NCBI GenBank assembly: GCA_965228735.1
Contig: OZ245838.1
Location: forward strand, 1,632,001-1,696,000
DNA from: Planctomycetota bacterium
GTDB lineage: Bacteria > Planctomycetota > UBA1135 > UBA2386
Reading direction: 5' to 3'
DNA length: 64,000 nt
The notes beneath the pieces were generated by a model. The model saw only the letters and a program-made list of their open reading frames with translations. It was not told the DNA's origin and did no database searches. Position 1 is the stretch's first letter. Every line of letters begins with the position of its first letter. Positions 1 through 9,492 of the stretch are shown piece by piece. Position numbers and translations under genes: made by a program.

Positions 1-7
1 CGCACCG

Positions 8-1534
8 TTGTTCGCCGGGCTGATCGCGGGCGTGATCGGCGGCATCGTCGTGGGCGCGATCAGCCGGTCGCCGCTCGGCGTCTCCGGCCCCGCGGCCGGC
101 CTGGCCGTGATCGTCTACAACGCGATCGAGACGCTCGGCAGCTTCCCGACGTTCCTCGTCGCCGTCGTGCTCGCGGGTGTGATGCAGGTCGCGATGGGAC
201 TCGCCCGCGCCGGCACCCTGGGCTACTTCTTCCCGTCCGCGGTGATCAAGGGCATGCTCGCCGGCATCGGGATCATCATCGTCCTCAAGCAGATCCCGCA
301 CGCGTTCGGCTACGACGCGGACCCGGAGGGCGAACTGCAATTCATCCAGCCCGACGGCGAGACGACGCTGAGCAGCCTGTCGCGCATGCTCGAGAACGTC
401 GAGCCGAGCGCGATCCTCGTCAGCGGCGTCGCGCTCGCCATCCTGCTCGTCTGGGAGAACGTCCTGGCGAAGCGGTCGGGCCTGTTCCGTATCTTCCCCG
501 GCCCGCTTGCCGCCGTGTGCTTCGGGATCGGCTACGAGGTGATCACCACGAACTACGCCCCGGGCTGGGCCCTGAGCCGTGAGCACCTCGTGAGCGTGCC
601 CGTGGCGGGTTCGCTCGACGAGCTCCGCGGCCTGATCACGATGCCCGCGTGGTCGGAGCTCGCCAACAGCGCGGTCTGGGTCGCCGCGATCACGATGGCC
701 GTCGTCGCGAGCCTCGAGACGCTGCTCTGCGTGGCGGCGACCGACAAGCTCGACCCGCAGAGGCGCATTACCCCGACCAACCGCGAGCTCATCGCGCAGG
801 GCACGGGTAACGCCGTCTCCGGTCTCATCGGCGGCCTGCCGATCACCCAGGTCATCGTGCGCAGCTCCGCCAACATCCAGTCGGGCGGCCGCACCAAGAC
901 CTCGGCGATCCTGCACGGCGTGTGGCTGCTGCTGTTCGTCGCGCTCGTGCCGAGCCTGCTCAACCTCATCCCGCTCGCGGTGCTCGCGAGCATCCTGTTC
1001 GTCGTCGGCTACAAGCTGGCGCGGCCGGCGTTGTTCAAGCAGATGTGGTCGCTCGGCATGGCACAGTTCCTGCCGTTCATCGTCACGATCCTCGGCATCG
1101 CGTTGACGGACCTGCTCACGGGCATCGGCGTCGGCCTCGCGGTCGCGGTCCTCGTGATCCTGCGCCGCAATTACATGAACTCGCACTTCCTGCACATGCG
1201 GGACTCGGAGGGGCCGGACCATCGGCACACCATCCGCATGCGGCTGTCCGAGGAGGTCACGTTCCTCAACAAGGGCGCGATCGTGAAGGAGCTCGACGGC
1301 GTGCCGGACGGCTCCCTGGTCGAGATCGACGCGAGCGCTGCCGTGGTGCTCGACTACGACGTCGTCGAGGTCATCGAGGACTTCGAGGCGAACGCGAAGA
1401 CGCGCGGTATCGAGGTGCGGGTCATCCGCGAGGCGCAACCCAAGCCCATCCCGATGCAGCCACGCAACCCTGGCCAGGGCGCCGGCAGCGACGAGGGCAA
1501 CGATCAGCGCGCGACGTCGTCCCTCAGCAACTGA
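8..1534 (+). CDS. SulP/SLC26 family inorganic anion transporter (5' truncated by window edge)
   Basis: Multi-TM protein with SGPAAGL, ASLETLL, NRELIAQG and GGLPITQVIVRSSAN motifs; short STAS-like C-terminus (LSEEVTFLNKG). Confidence 0.93.
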   Translation: MFAGLIAGVIGGIVVGAISRSPLGVSGPAAGLAVIVYNAIETLGSFPTFLVAVVLAGVMQVAMGLARAGTLGYFFPSAVIKGMLAGIGIIIVLKQIPHAFGYDADPEGELQFIQPDGETTLSSLSRMLENVEPSAILVSGVALAILLVWENVLAKRSGLFRIFPGPLAAVCFGIGYEVITTNYAPGWALSREHLVSVPVAGSLDELRGLITMPAWSELANSAVWVAAITMAVVASLETLLCVAATDKLDPQRRITPTNRELIAQGTGNAVSGLIGGLPITQVIVRSSANIQSGGRTKTSAILHGVWLLLFVALVPSLLNLIPLAVLASILFVVGYKLARPALFKQMWSLGMAQFLPFIVTILGIALTDLLTGIGVGLAVAVLVILRRNYMNSHFLHMRDSEGPDHRHTIRMRLSEEVTFLNKGAIVKELDGVPDGSLVEIDASAAVVLDYDVVEVIEDFEANAKTRGIEVRVIREAQPKPIPMQPRNPGQGAGSDEGNDQRATSSLSN

Positions 1535-1680
1535 GTGGCGGGAACTGAGAGCGCTGGGCAGCTGACCGGCCGGGCAACCGACTGGCGGGATCACCGGGCA
1601 ACCGGGTCGTCGGGCGCGGGTACCGCGCGGCTTCACGGCTGGCGTGGGCGCGGGCCGCCGCTCACCCGCGGAGCGTTCGC

Positions 1681-2232
1681 TCAGCGCGGCAGTGCGATCC
1701 GGCGCGCGCGCTCGGCGCCCTTCGTCGGCTTCGGTCGCGGGAGCTCCTGCACGCCGAGCGCCTGGCGCACGCGGTGAACGTACATCTCCACCGTCATGTC
1801 CTTGGTGTGCGGCACCCCGAGGATCGCGCCGATCTCCTTCGTGAGCTCCATGTCGTCGGCGAACGACCAGGCCTCGCTCTGGAAGAACTCGCGGAGCATC
1901 TTCTTGAACGCCCGACGCGAGCTGTAGGCCCCGATCGCGTAGACCGCGCACGCGAAACCGATGATCGCAGCGCAGAGCACGAGCGTGCCGACCTGCATGT
2001 CCCACTGGGCCACGACCTGAAGCAGGAACCCGGTCGTGAGGAACAGGAAGCCCAACATGACCTGCATGTTGTTGAGCGCGGTATCGCGGATCCGCATGAC
2101 GCTCTTCATCCCCACGCCCAGGGCGTCGGCGAGCGCCTTGCGCGGTTCGCGCAGGCGGATCGAGTTCGCCAGGAAGAACACCCCGACGACGTTGCAGGTC
2201 AAGCCGACTACGGCAAGTTCAGGACTATCCAT
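1681..2232 (-). CDS. Hypothetical membrane protein (about 3 TM helices)
   Basis: ATG at 2232 (MDSPELAVVG...), hydrophobic segments, strong GC3 codon bias. Confidence 0.75.
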   Translation of the reverse strand: MDSPELAVVGLTCNVVGVFFLANSIRLREPRKALADALGVGMKSVMRIRDTALNNMQVMLGFLFLTTGFLLQVVAQWDMQVGTLVLCAAIIGFACAVYAIGAYSSRRAFKKMLREFFQSEAWSFADDMELTKEIGAILGVPHTKDMTVEMYVHRVRQALGVQELPRPKPTKGAERARRIALPR

Positions 2233-2527
2233 GGTGAGGAGAAGCCAGACGTGAGACACCCGGCCCGCCGAGCCGGCCAGGCACCGCGGTGCCAGGACAA
2301 CTGCAACGGGACACCCTGAGCTGACCCACAGGGGTTGATGGCCTTCCGGTCGGGCGACCCGGGGCGAATCGTAGCGAATCCAGGCCCGGCCCGCTACGGG
2401 GATTGTGCGGGTCCGGGGGGATGCCGGGCCCCCGCCATGCCCGGCCCGGACCGGCGCAACCCCGGGCCCGGGATCAAGATCCGAAAGCGGGCTTGCCGAT
2501 TCGGAGATCCTGGCGAGGATGCGCCCG

Positions 2528-2821
2528 ATGTCCGAGATACCGATCGACCGTACAGAACTGCAGCGGCTGTGCGAGCTGGCGCGGCTGCACCTGCCCGCGG
2601 ACCGCGAGGCCGCGCTGCTCGGCCAGCTCCAGCGCATCGTCGACGCTTTCGGTCAGCTGCGCGCGGTCGACACGAGCAGCCTCGACGACGGCGCGGCGCC
2701 GACGGCCACCCCGCTGCGCGCCGACGAGCCCGAAGCCCCGCTGCCGACCGAGGCCGTGCTCGCGAACGCGCCCCAGCGCGCGGCCAACTGCTTCGTCGTT
2801 CCGCGAGTCGTCGACGCATGA
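2528..2821 (+). CDS. gatC: Asp-tRNA(Asn)/Glu-tRNA(Gln) amidotransferase subunit C
   Basis: LCELARL...LRADEP...VLANAP...FVVPRVV motifs; ATGA overlap with gatA; start could be 2519. Confidence 0.92.
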   Translation: MSEIPIDRTELQRLCELARLHLPADREAALLGQLQRIVDAFGQLRAVDTSSLDDGAAPTATPLRADEPEAPLPTEAVLANAPQRAANCFVVPRVVDA

Positions 2822-4311
2822 GCGGCGCCCGCATCACGCTCTCCGTGGCGGACCTCGCCGCCTCGATCCAGAGCGGCGAGCGCACGGCGGTCGCGACGGC
2901 GCAGGCCGCGTTGGCTCGCGCCGCGGCGACCAACGACGCGACGGGTGCGTTCCTCGGCATCGACGAGGAACGCGTGCTCGCGGACGCCGCTCGGGTCGAC
3001 GAACGGCGAGAACGCGGCGACGCGCTCGGGCCGCTGGCCGGCGTGCCGATCGCGTGGAAGGACAACCTCGTGCGCGCGGGCGCGCTCGCGACCGCGGGCA
3101 GCCGGCTGCTCGAGACGTTCCGTTCGCCCTACACGGCGACCGTGCTCGACCGCCTCGAACGCGCGGACGCCGTCCTCCTCGGTCGGACCAACCTCGACGA
3201 GTTCGGCATGGGCAGCACGACGGAGAACTCGGCGTTCGCGCCGACGAAGAACCCGTGGGACCAAAGCCTCGTGCCCGGCGGGAGCAGCGGCGGCTCGGCG
3301 GCCGCGGTCGCGGCGGACGCGTGCCCGCTCGCGATCGGCAGCGATACGGGTGGCTCGGTCCGGCAGCCAGCGTCGTTCTGCGGCGTGACCGGCCTCAAGC
3401 CGACCTATGGCCGCGTCAGCCGCTACGGCCTCATCGCCTACGCCAGTTCGCTCGATTGCGTCGGCGCCCTCGCGCACACGGCCGCGGACCTGCGCCCGTG
3501 GCTGGCTGCGGCGGAAGGGCAGGATCCGGCCGATCCGACGAGCATCGCGCCGCTCCGGGACGAGGCCGCGACCGCGCGCGACAACCTCGAGGGCCTGCGC
3601 GTGGGCCTGCCCTGGCAGCTCAACGGTCCCGGGGTCGACGACGAGGTGGCGGCCTGCGTGCAGCAGGCGAGGCAGGACCTCGAGAACCTCGGCGCAACCG
3701 TCACGGAGTGTTCGCTGCCGGCCGTCGAGCACGCGGTGCCGACCTATTACCTCGTCGCCGCGGCCGAGGCGTCCTCCAACCTCGCGCGCTACGACGGCGT
3801 CCGCTACGGCGCGCGCCGCGACGGCCGCCGCATCGAGTCGATGATGGCGGCGACGCGATCGAGCGGGTTCGGCGCCGAGGTGCAGCTACGCATCCTGCTC
3901 GGCACGTTCGCGCTGCGCGCGGGCTATCACGACGAGTTCTACGGTCAGGCGACGCGCGTCCGCGAGCTGCTGCGCCGCGAGTTCGCGAGCCTGTTCGGCG
4001 ACTTCGACGTGCTGCTCGCGCCGACGTCGCCCGTGCCGCCGTTCGCGATCGGCGCCCGCATCGACGACCCGCTCGCCATGTATCTGTGCGATGCGCTCAC
4101 CGTGCCCGCGAGCCTCGCCGGCATTCCGGCGCTGTCCCTGCCCGCGGGTCGCACCGCCGACGGCCGCCCGATCGGACTGCAGTGCATGGCCGCACACAAC
4201 CACGACGAGCTGCTGCTGCGAGTCGGCGAGCTCTTCCAGCAGCACACCACCCATCACGCGGCCCGCCCGGTGCTCGCCGGCGACGACGCCGGTCGGGAGG
4301 ACGCCCGATGA
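2818..4311 (+). CDS. gatA: Amidotransferase subunit A
   Basis: Amidase signature KDN, GGSSGGS, GSDTGGSVRQPA, ASSNLARYDG. Confidence 0.97.
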   Translation: MSGARITLSVADLAASIQSGERTAVATAQAALARAAATNDATGAFLGIDEERVLADAARVDERRERGDALGPLAGVPIAWKDNLVRAGALATAGSRLLETFRSPYTATVLDRLERADAVLLGRTNLDEFGMGSTTENSAFAPTKNPWDQSLVPGGSSGGSAAAVAADACPLAIGSDTGGSVRQPASFCGVTGLKPTYGRVSRYGLIAYASSLDCVGALAHTAADLRPWLAAAEGQDPADPTSIAPLRDEAATARDNLEGLRVGLPWQLNGPGVDDEVAACVQQARQDLENLGATVTECSLPAVEHAVPTYYLVAAAEASSNLARYDGVRYGARRDGRRIESMMAATRSSGFGAEVQLRILLGTFALRAGYHDEFYGQATRVRELLRREFASLFGDFDVLLAPTSPVPPFAIGARIDDPLAMYLCDALTVPASLAGIPALSLPAGRTADGRPIGLQCMAAHNHDELLLRVGELFQQHTTHHAARPVLAGDDAGREDAR

Positions 4312-5738
4312 GCAGCGTCGCGGCGTTCACGACCGTCATCGGCCTCGAGGTGCACGTGCAGCTCGCGACCGCGAGCAAGCTGTTCTCGCCGGCTCCCGCC
4401 GATTCGCTCGGCGATCCCAACACCCGCGTGCAGACCGTCGACCTCGGACTGCCGGGCGTCCTGCCGCGGCTCAACGAACGCGCCGTCGAACTCGCGATCC
4501 GCGCCGCACTCGCGGTCGACAGCGAGCTGCAGCCCGTGTCGTTCTTCGCCCGCAAGAACTACTTCTACCCCGACCTGCCGAAGGGCTACCAGATCAGCCA
4601 GTTCGACCGCCCCTACTGCCGCGGCGGCAGCGTGGCGGTCGGCGACGACCGGACGTGCCGGCTCGAACGCATCCACATGGAGGAGGACGCCGGCAAGCTC
4701 GTGCACACCGAGGCCGGCACGCTAGTCGACCTCAACCGCGCCGGCATTCCGCTGATCGAGATCGTCTCCGAGCCGGACATGCGCACGCCCGGCGAGGCCG
4801 CGACGTTCCTCACCAACCTGCGCGAGATCCTGCGCTTCGCCGGCGTGAGCGACTGCGACATGGATCTCGGCTCGATGCGCTGCGATGCCAACATCTCGCT
4901 CATGCCCGTCGGGGCGAGCGAGTACGGCACGAAGGTCGAGCTGAAGAACCTCAACTCGATCAAGATGGTCCAGCGCGCCCTCGAGTACGAAGAACGGCGC
5001 CAGACCGCGATCCTCGCCGCCTCTGGCACGGTCGCGGCCGAGACCCGCGGGTGGCTCGACGAACGCGGCGAGTCGCGCCCACAGCGCAGCAAGGAGTCGG
5101 CGCCCGACTACCGCTACTTCCCCGACCCCGACCTGCCGCCGCTCGTACTCGACGACGCGCTCGTTCGGCGCGTTCGGGACTCGCTCTCGGAGCTGCCGTC
5201 CGCGCGCCGCGCCCGCTTCGCGAAGGACTACGGCCTGCCCGACTACGACATCGGGGTGCTCACGCAGGACCGCGCCCTCGGCGACTGGTTCGAGGCGACG
5301 GTCGCGGCCGGCGCCGAACCGAAGGCCGCGAGCAACTGGATCATGACCGACGTGCTCGGCGCCGTGCGCGAGTTCAAGATCGGCCTCGACCAGCTGCGCG
5401 TCACCCCGGCGCGCCTCGCCGAGCTGCTCGCACTGCTCGCCAGCAAGGCGCTGACGGCGGTCGCGGCGAAGAAGGTGTTCGTGCACATGCACGAGAACGA
5501 CCTGCCGGCCGCCGATGCGATGCGCGCCCTGGGCCTCGAACGCATCGCCGATCCGGCCCAGCTGCAGCCGCTCGTCGAGGCCGCGATCGCCGCATTGCCG
5601 AAGGCCGCGGCGGACGTGAAGAACGGCATCGAGAAGCCGCTCGACGCCCTCAAGGGCAACGTGATGCGCGCGACCAAGGGCCGCGCCGACCCGCACGTCG
5701 TGGAGACGCTCCTCCGCCAGACGATCGCCCACAGCTGA
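4308..5738 (+). CDS. gatB: Amidotransferase subunit B
   Basis: IGLEVHVQL, RKNYFYPDLPKGYQISQ, HMEEDAGK, DYRYFPDPDL. Confidence 0.98.
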   Translation: MSSVAAFTTVIGLEVHVQLATASKLFSPAPADSLGDPNTRVQTVDLGLPGVLPRLNERAVELAIRAALAVDSELQPVSFFARKNYFYPDLPKGYQISQFDRPYCRGGSVAVGDDRTCRLERIHMEEDAGKLVHTEAGTLVDLNRAGIPLIEIVSEPDMRTPGEAATFLTNLREILRFAGVSDCDMDLGSMRCDANISLMPVGASEYGTKVELKNLNSIKMVQRALEYEERRQTAILAASGTVAAETRGWLDERGESRPQRSKESAPDYRYFPDPDLPPLVLDDALVRRVRDSLSELPSARRARFAKDYGLPDYDIGVLTQDRALGDWFEATVAAGAEPKAASNWIMTDVLGAVREFKIGLDQLRVTPARLAELLALLASKALTAVAAKKVFVHMHENDLPAADAMRALGLERIADPAQLQPLVEAAIAALPKAAADVKNGIEKPLDALKGNVMRATKGRADPHVVETLLRQTIAHS

Positions 5739-5741
5739 TCG

Positions 5742-5858
5742 GTGGCGGTACCGAACCCGCTTTGATTCCGCCACCCGCTCCCGTTCGCAACTACCGCGGT
5801 TGCATCCCCTTGCCGCCGGGCGGTGGTGGCGGATCTGAAACGGGTTCGGTACCGCCAC
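5742..5858. repeat. Long intergenic inverted repeat (REP/MITE-like hairpin)
   Basis: GTGGCGGTACCGAACCCG (5742-5759) is the exact reverse complement of 5841-5858; imperfect pairing continues inward (TCCGCCACC/GGTGGCGGA). Confidence 0.8.
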
Positions 5859-5901
5859 TGCTCGAGTCGTCGTGCCGGCTTCATCGCATAGGATCGGTCG
5901 C

Positions 5902-8238
5902 ATGCCCGGCAGCCGACCCTGGACATTTGCCATCGCCATCGGGATCGGGTCGTTGACCGCCCAGACCGAGATCCGCGAGTCCCTCGATCAGGCCGACGGA
6001 CGCTGGCGTCGGGTCACGCTCGTAGCAGACGGGCAGCGCGCCGGCGCCGCGCGGTTCACCGCCGACGATGCCCGCATCGACCTCGGCCCGTGCCCGGTGG
6101 ATTCGCGGCAATCGTTCACGCTGCGCTGCGCGCTCCGCACGAGCCACGCGGGGTTCTGCACGCCGCTCATGGCGCGCGCCGGCAACGCGGTCGGGCTGTC
6201 GCTCGTCATGGGCCGCACGCCCGGACACGTGTCGTTCGAAGCCTGGTCGTGGGGCTCGGTCAAGCTGCCCTCACACGTCCGGGTCGACGACGGCGCGTGG
6301 CACGCGATCGAGGTGGCGTACGACTCCGCGACCACGATGGCCGCGCTGTTCGTCGACGGCGAACTCTCGGGCTGCACGACGCTCGGCCCCGGTCGGTCGC
6401 CGCACGCGACCCTGCGGCTCGGCAACAACATCGGCGCCCATCAGCCGTATCCGGGCGACATCGACGAGGTGTCGGTCACCGCGGGGCACGACCGCGACGC
6501 GCTGTTCGAACGGCTCCGGCCGGTATTGACCGACGCCGAACGCAAAGCCGCGCTCGCGGCACTGCGTGACGTCGCGTTGCCGCGCCGCACCCCCGCCCTC
6601 GCTGCCGAACGCGCTGCCGACTGGCCAGCGCGTCGCGCGGTGGTGCGGGAGCACGTCGCCGACGCGCTCGGCCTCCTGCCCGAGCCACCGAACGTGCCGT
6701 TCGACGTGCAGGTCCACGGCGAGCTGCGCAAGCCCGGCCTGCGACTGCAGCGCGTCAGCTGGATCGGCTTTCCCGGCATGCGGGCGACGGGCTGGCTCTG
6801 GTTACCGGATCCCCGACCAGCAGGTCGACTGCCGACGATCCTCTGCCCGCACGGCCACTGGCAGAACGGCGCGCGCCATCCGGTCGTGCAGGCCCGCTGC
6901 GCCGCGTTCGCGCGCTTCGGCTGGCTCGCGCTCGCCGTCGACAGCGTGCACGTCGAGGACGTCGCGGCGGGCGTGAACTCCGTCGGCGCGATGACGTGGC
7001 ACAACCAGCGCGCGCTGTCGTGGTTGCTCGCGCGCGACGACGTCGATCCGGAACGCGTCGCGGTGACCGGCGCGAGCGGCGGCGGCCAGCAGAGCTACTA
7101 CCTCATGGCGCTCGAGGATCGCATCGCGGCCGCCGCACCGATCGTCATGGCGTGCTACCTGCACGAGATCATCGCCGACACGAGCGCGCACTGCGGCTGC
7201 AATCACACGCCGAGGCTCGTCGCCGGCACCGACGTGCCCGAGATGTGCGCGGTGTTCGCGCCGCGCCCCGCGTTCTTCGGCACGGTCACGGGCGATTGGA
7301 CGCGCAACTTCCCGCGCCAAGGGCTGCCGGAGCTCACGGCACACTGGCAGAGACTCGGCGACCGCGCGCCCGCGTCGCGCCACGCCGACGAGGGACACAA
7401 CTACGACCGACCGATGCGCGAGGCGGTCTACGCGTTCTTGCACGAGCACCTGCTCGGGCAGGTCGGCCCCGTTGCCGAGCCCGACGGCGAACTGTTCGCG
7501 CTCGCCGAGTTCGAGCCGCTGGTGCGCGCTCGCCCGAACGCGACGCTCGATCATCGCGCGCTCGCGAACGAGCACCTCACGCGCCGACGACCGGTAGCAC
7601 ACCTCGCGGCGTTGGCGCCCGGACTGCCAGGGTTGGCGACGCCGCCGATCCGACCCGGCACGCTCGCCTGGCTGGACGATCCGGCGATCGAGTTCCGCCG
7701 CGGAACGGTGACGGGCGAGGACGGCGTGCCGATCCCGATCCGCAGTCGGCGGCAGGCGAGCCCCGACGATCGCGAGGGCTTCACCGCGCCAGTCACGGTC
7801 TGGATCGATCCGCGCGGCAGCGCGACGCTGCTGGCGCATGCCGCGGCCTTCGAAGACTCGGATCACGTCCTCGTCGACCCGCGGCCCTACGGTGAATGGT
7901 CCCAGTTCCGTCAGCCGTGGCAGCGCAACGGCCTGATCCTCGGGCGCGGCGAGGGCTATCAGGCGGCCGTCGACGTCGCGCTGGTGTGCCAGAGCCTCGA
8001 GGGCAGCCCGCCCATAATCCTGCGGGCGCACGGCGAGGCCGGCGTGATAGCAACGCTTGCCGCCACGCTGACCGATCGGGTCGTCGAAGTGCAGACCGAG
8101 CCGCTCGGAGCGACGTATCGCGAGAACGGCAATCGCCGCCCGCTGTGCCCCGAGCTACTGCGCTTCGGCGACCTGCCCGATCTCGTCGAGCGGCTCCCCG
8201 CCCGCGTCCGTCACGTCGTCCTGCCGGCGACGCGTTGA
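5902..8238 (+). CDS. Secreted LamG/ConA-like domain plus alpha/beta-hydrolase (acetyl xylan esterase-like)
   Basis: Signal peptide; LamG motifs (DDGAWHAI, LFVDG, GDIDEV); CPHGH, nucleophile elbow TGASGGG, HNYD; degenerate second hydrolase domain. Confidence 0.85.
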   Translation: MPGSRPWTFAIAIGIGSLTAQTEIRESLDQADGRWRRVTLVADGQRAGAARFTADDARIDLGPCPVDSRQSFTLRCALRTSHAGFCTPLMARAGNAVGLSLVMGRTPGHVSFEAWSWGSVKLPSHVRVDDGAWHAIEVAYDSATTMAALFVDGELSGCTTLGPGRSPHATLRLGNNIGAHQPYPGDIDEVSVTAGHDRDALFERLRPVLTDAERKAALAALRDVALPRRTPALAAERAADWPARRAVVREHVADALGLLPEPPNVPFDVQVHGELRKPGLRLQRVSWIGFPGMRATGWLWLPDPRPAGRLPTILCPHGHWQNGARHPVVQARCAAFARFGWLALAVDSVHVEDVAAGVNSVGAMTWHNQRALSWLLARDDVDPERVAVTGASGGGQQSYYLMALEDRIAAAAPIVMACYLHEIIADTSAHCGCNHTPRLVAGTDVPEMCAVFAPRPAFFGTVTGDWTRNFPRQGLPELTAHWQRLGDRAPASRHADEGHNYDRPMREAVYAFLHEHLLGQVGPVAEPDGELFALAEFEPLVRARPNATLDHRALANEHLTRRRPVAHLAALAPGLPGLATPPIRPGTLAWLDDPAIEFRRGTVTGEDGVPIPIRSRRQASPDDREGFTAPVTVWIDPRGSATLLAHAAAFEDSDHVLVDPRPYGEWSQFRQPWQRNGLILGRGEGYQAAVDVALVCQSLEGSPPIILRAHGEAGVIATLAATLTDRVVEVQTEPLGATYRENGNRRPLCPELLRFGDLPDLVERLPARVRHVVLPATR

Positions 8239-9486
8239 GCCGCGGAGCGCGCGCACGAGTCCGAACGCGGCCGCGCCGGTGAGCACGAACACGAGCGGCC
8301 GGAACGGCTGCAGATAGCGCGGGTCCGGAATCACGGGCAGGTACGCGAGCGTCGCCGTGACGACAACGAGGCCGACCGCGCTCGCCTCGGGGCCGAACCG
8401 CCGCCTCGGGTTCCATGCCAACGCGACGGCCCCAACGGCGGCGAGGATCATCACCGGCCAGTGCAGCCACTTCATCAGCAGGTAGCTCGCGCGCATCACC
8501 GGCTGGTCGTCGTACGGGGAGTTCGCGAGCTCGTACACGTAGACATCGACGCCCTGCACGATCTCCCAGCCCCAGAGCCAGACCGGTTTCTCGAACACGT
8601 ACCAGCTCGCGTAGCGCCACGGCTCGGCCGCGACGCGTTCGGACAACACGTCGTAGAGCCCCTGCCACGACGCGCCGAACTCGGGCTGCGCCGGGTCCTC
8701 GTGATACGGGAAGCCGCGCAGCCGTGGGTTCTCCCACACCATGCCGGGGTAGGAGCCGTGGCTGATCGACGCGGTCGCGCGCGCGCTGCCGACGCGTTCG
8801 AGTTCGGTCGTCTGGTTGCGCACGGTCCAGCCGCAGAACGGCAACAGCGCGATCACGGCGAGCGGCAGCGCGCTGCGCAGGCCGTGCGCGCGCCACTCGA
8901 CGAAGCCGAGCACGAACGGCACGAAGAGCAGGACCTCGTTGCAGAGACTGGCGTAGCCGAGCACGAGCGCACCGAGCACGCGTCGTGGCTCGAAGACCTT
9001 CTCGCCGGCACTGCCGAGCCAGAGCCAGAGCCCGAGCGTCAGCACGAACGTCGTCAGACACTCGGTCAGGACGAACGCGGGCGCGGTGACGAGATGCGGG
9101 CTCAGGGCCATCAGCACCGCGGCGGTGAAGCTCGGCCAGAAGTCGAGGAAGCGTCGCGCGAGCAGATAGCCGAGCAGGACCGTCAGGCCGGAGAGCGCGA
9201 CCTGCACGCCCCACAACAGCCGCACCCACGACTCACCGCCGCACAGTCGGCAAACGGCAGCGAACACCGGAAACCCCGGCGACCGGAACGAATCCGGCGG
9301 CGGCGGCTCGCGTTCGGCGAACGAGTAGACGCCGTGCTCGACGAGGTTGTGACCGTACTGCGCGTACTGCCCGGCGTCCGCCCGCAGCGGGTTCGGCTGA
9401 TGTGACGTCGCGACGAAGCCCCACCGCAGGGCAATCGCGATCGCGACGACGATCAGGACCAGGACGGCGCGTTCCGCGGGCTTCAC
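8155..9486 (-). CDS. GT-C fold membrane glycosyltransferase (ArnT/GT39-like)
   Basis: Multi-TM; DAGQY after TM1, R-S-PGFP, LTECL and C-terminal PRY motif. Confidence 0.75.
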   Translation of the reverse strand: MKPAERAVLVLIVVAIAIALRWGFVATSHQPNPLRADAGQYAQYGHNLVEHGVYSFAEREPPPPDSFRSPGFPVFAAVCRLCGGESWVRLLWGVQVALSGLTVLLGYLLARRFLDFWPSFTAAVLMALSPHLVTAPAFVLTECLTTFVLTLGLWLWLGSAGEKVFEPRRVLGALVLGYASLCNEVLLFVPFVLGFVEWRAHGLRSALPLAVIALLPFCGWTVRNQTTELERVGSARATASISHGSYPGMVWENPRLRGFPYHEDPAQPEFGASWQGLYDVLSERVAAEPWRYASWYVFEKPVWLWGWEIVQGVDVYVYELANSPYDDQPVMRASYLLMKWLHWPVMILAAVGAVALAWNPRRRFGPEASAVGLVVVTATLAYLPVIPDPRYLQPFRPLVFVLTGAAAFGLVRALRGSTRRRQDDVTDAGGEPLDEIGQVAEAQ

Positions 9487-9492
9487 GCCCTC

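Noticed and set aside
2335..5738. Apparent long N-terminal extensions of gatA and gatB (likewise coaD, comEC, wzt)
   Set aside because: ORF-caller extensions through neighbouring genes; conserved N-termini and overlapping stop/start codons define shorter CDSs
8155..8238. 84-bp overlap of convergent genes as a functional feature or frameshift
   Set aside because: Most simply a drifting C-terminal tail in stop-poor DNA; both proteins look complete
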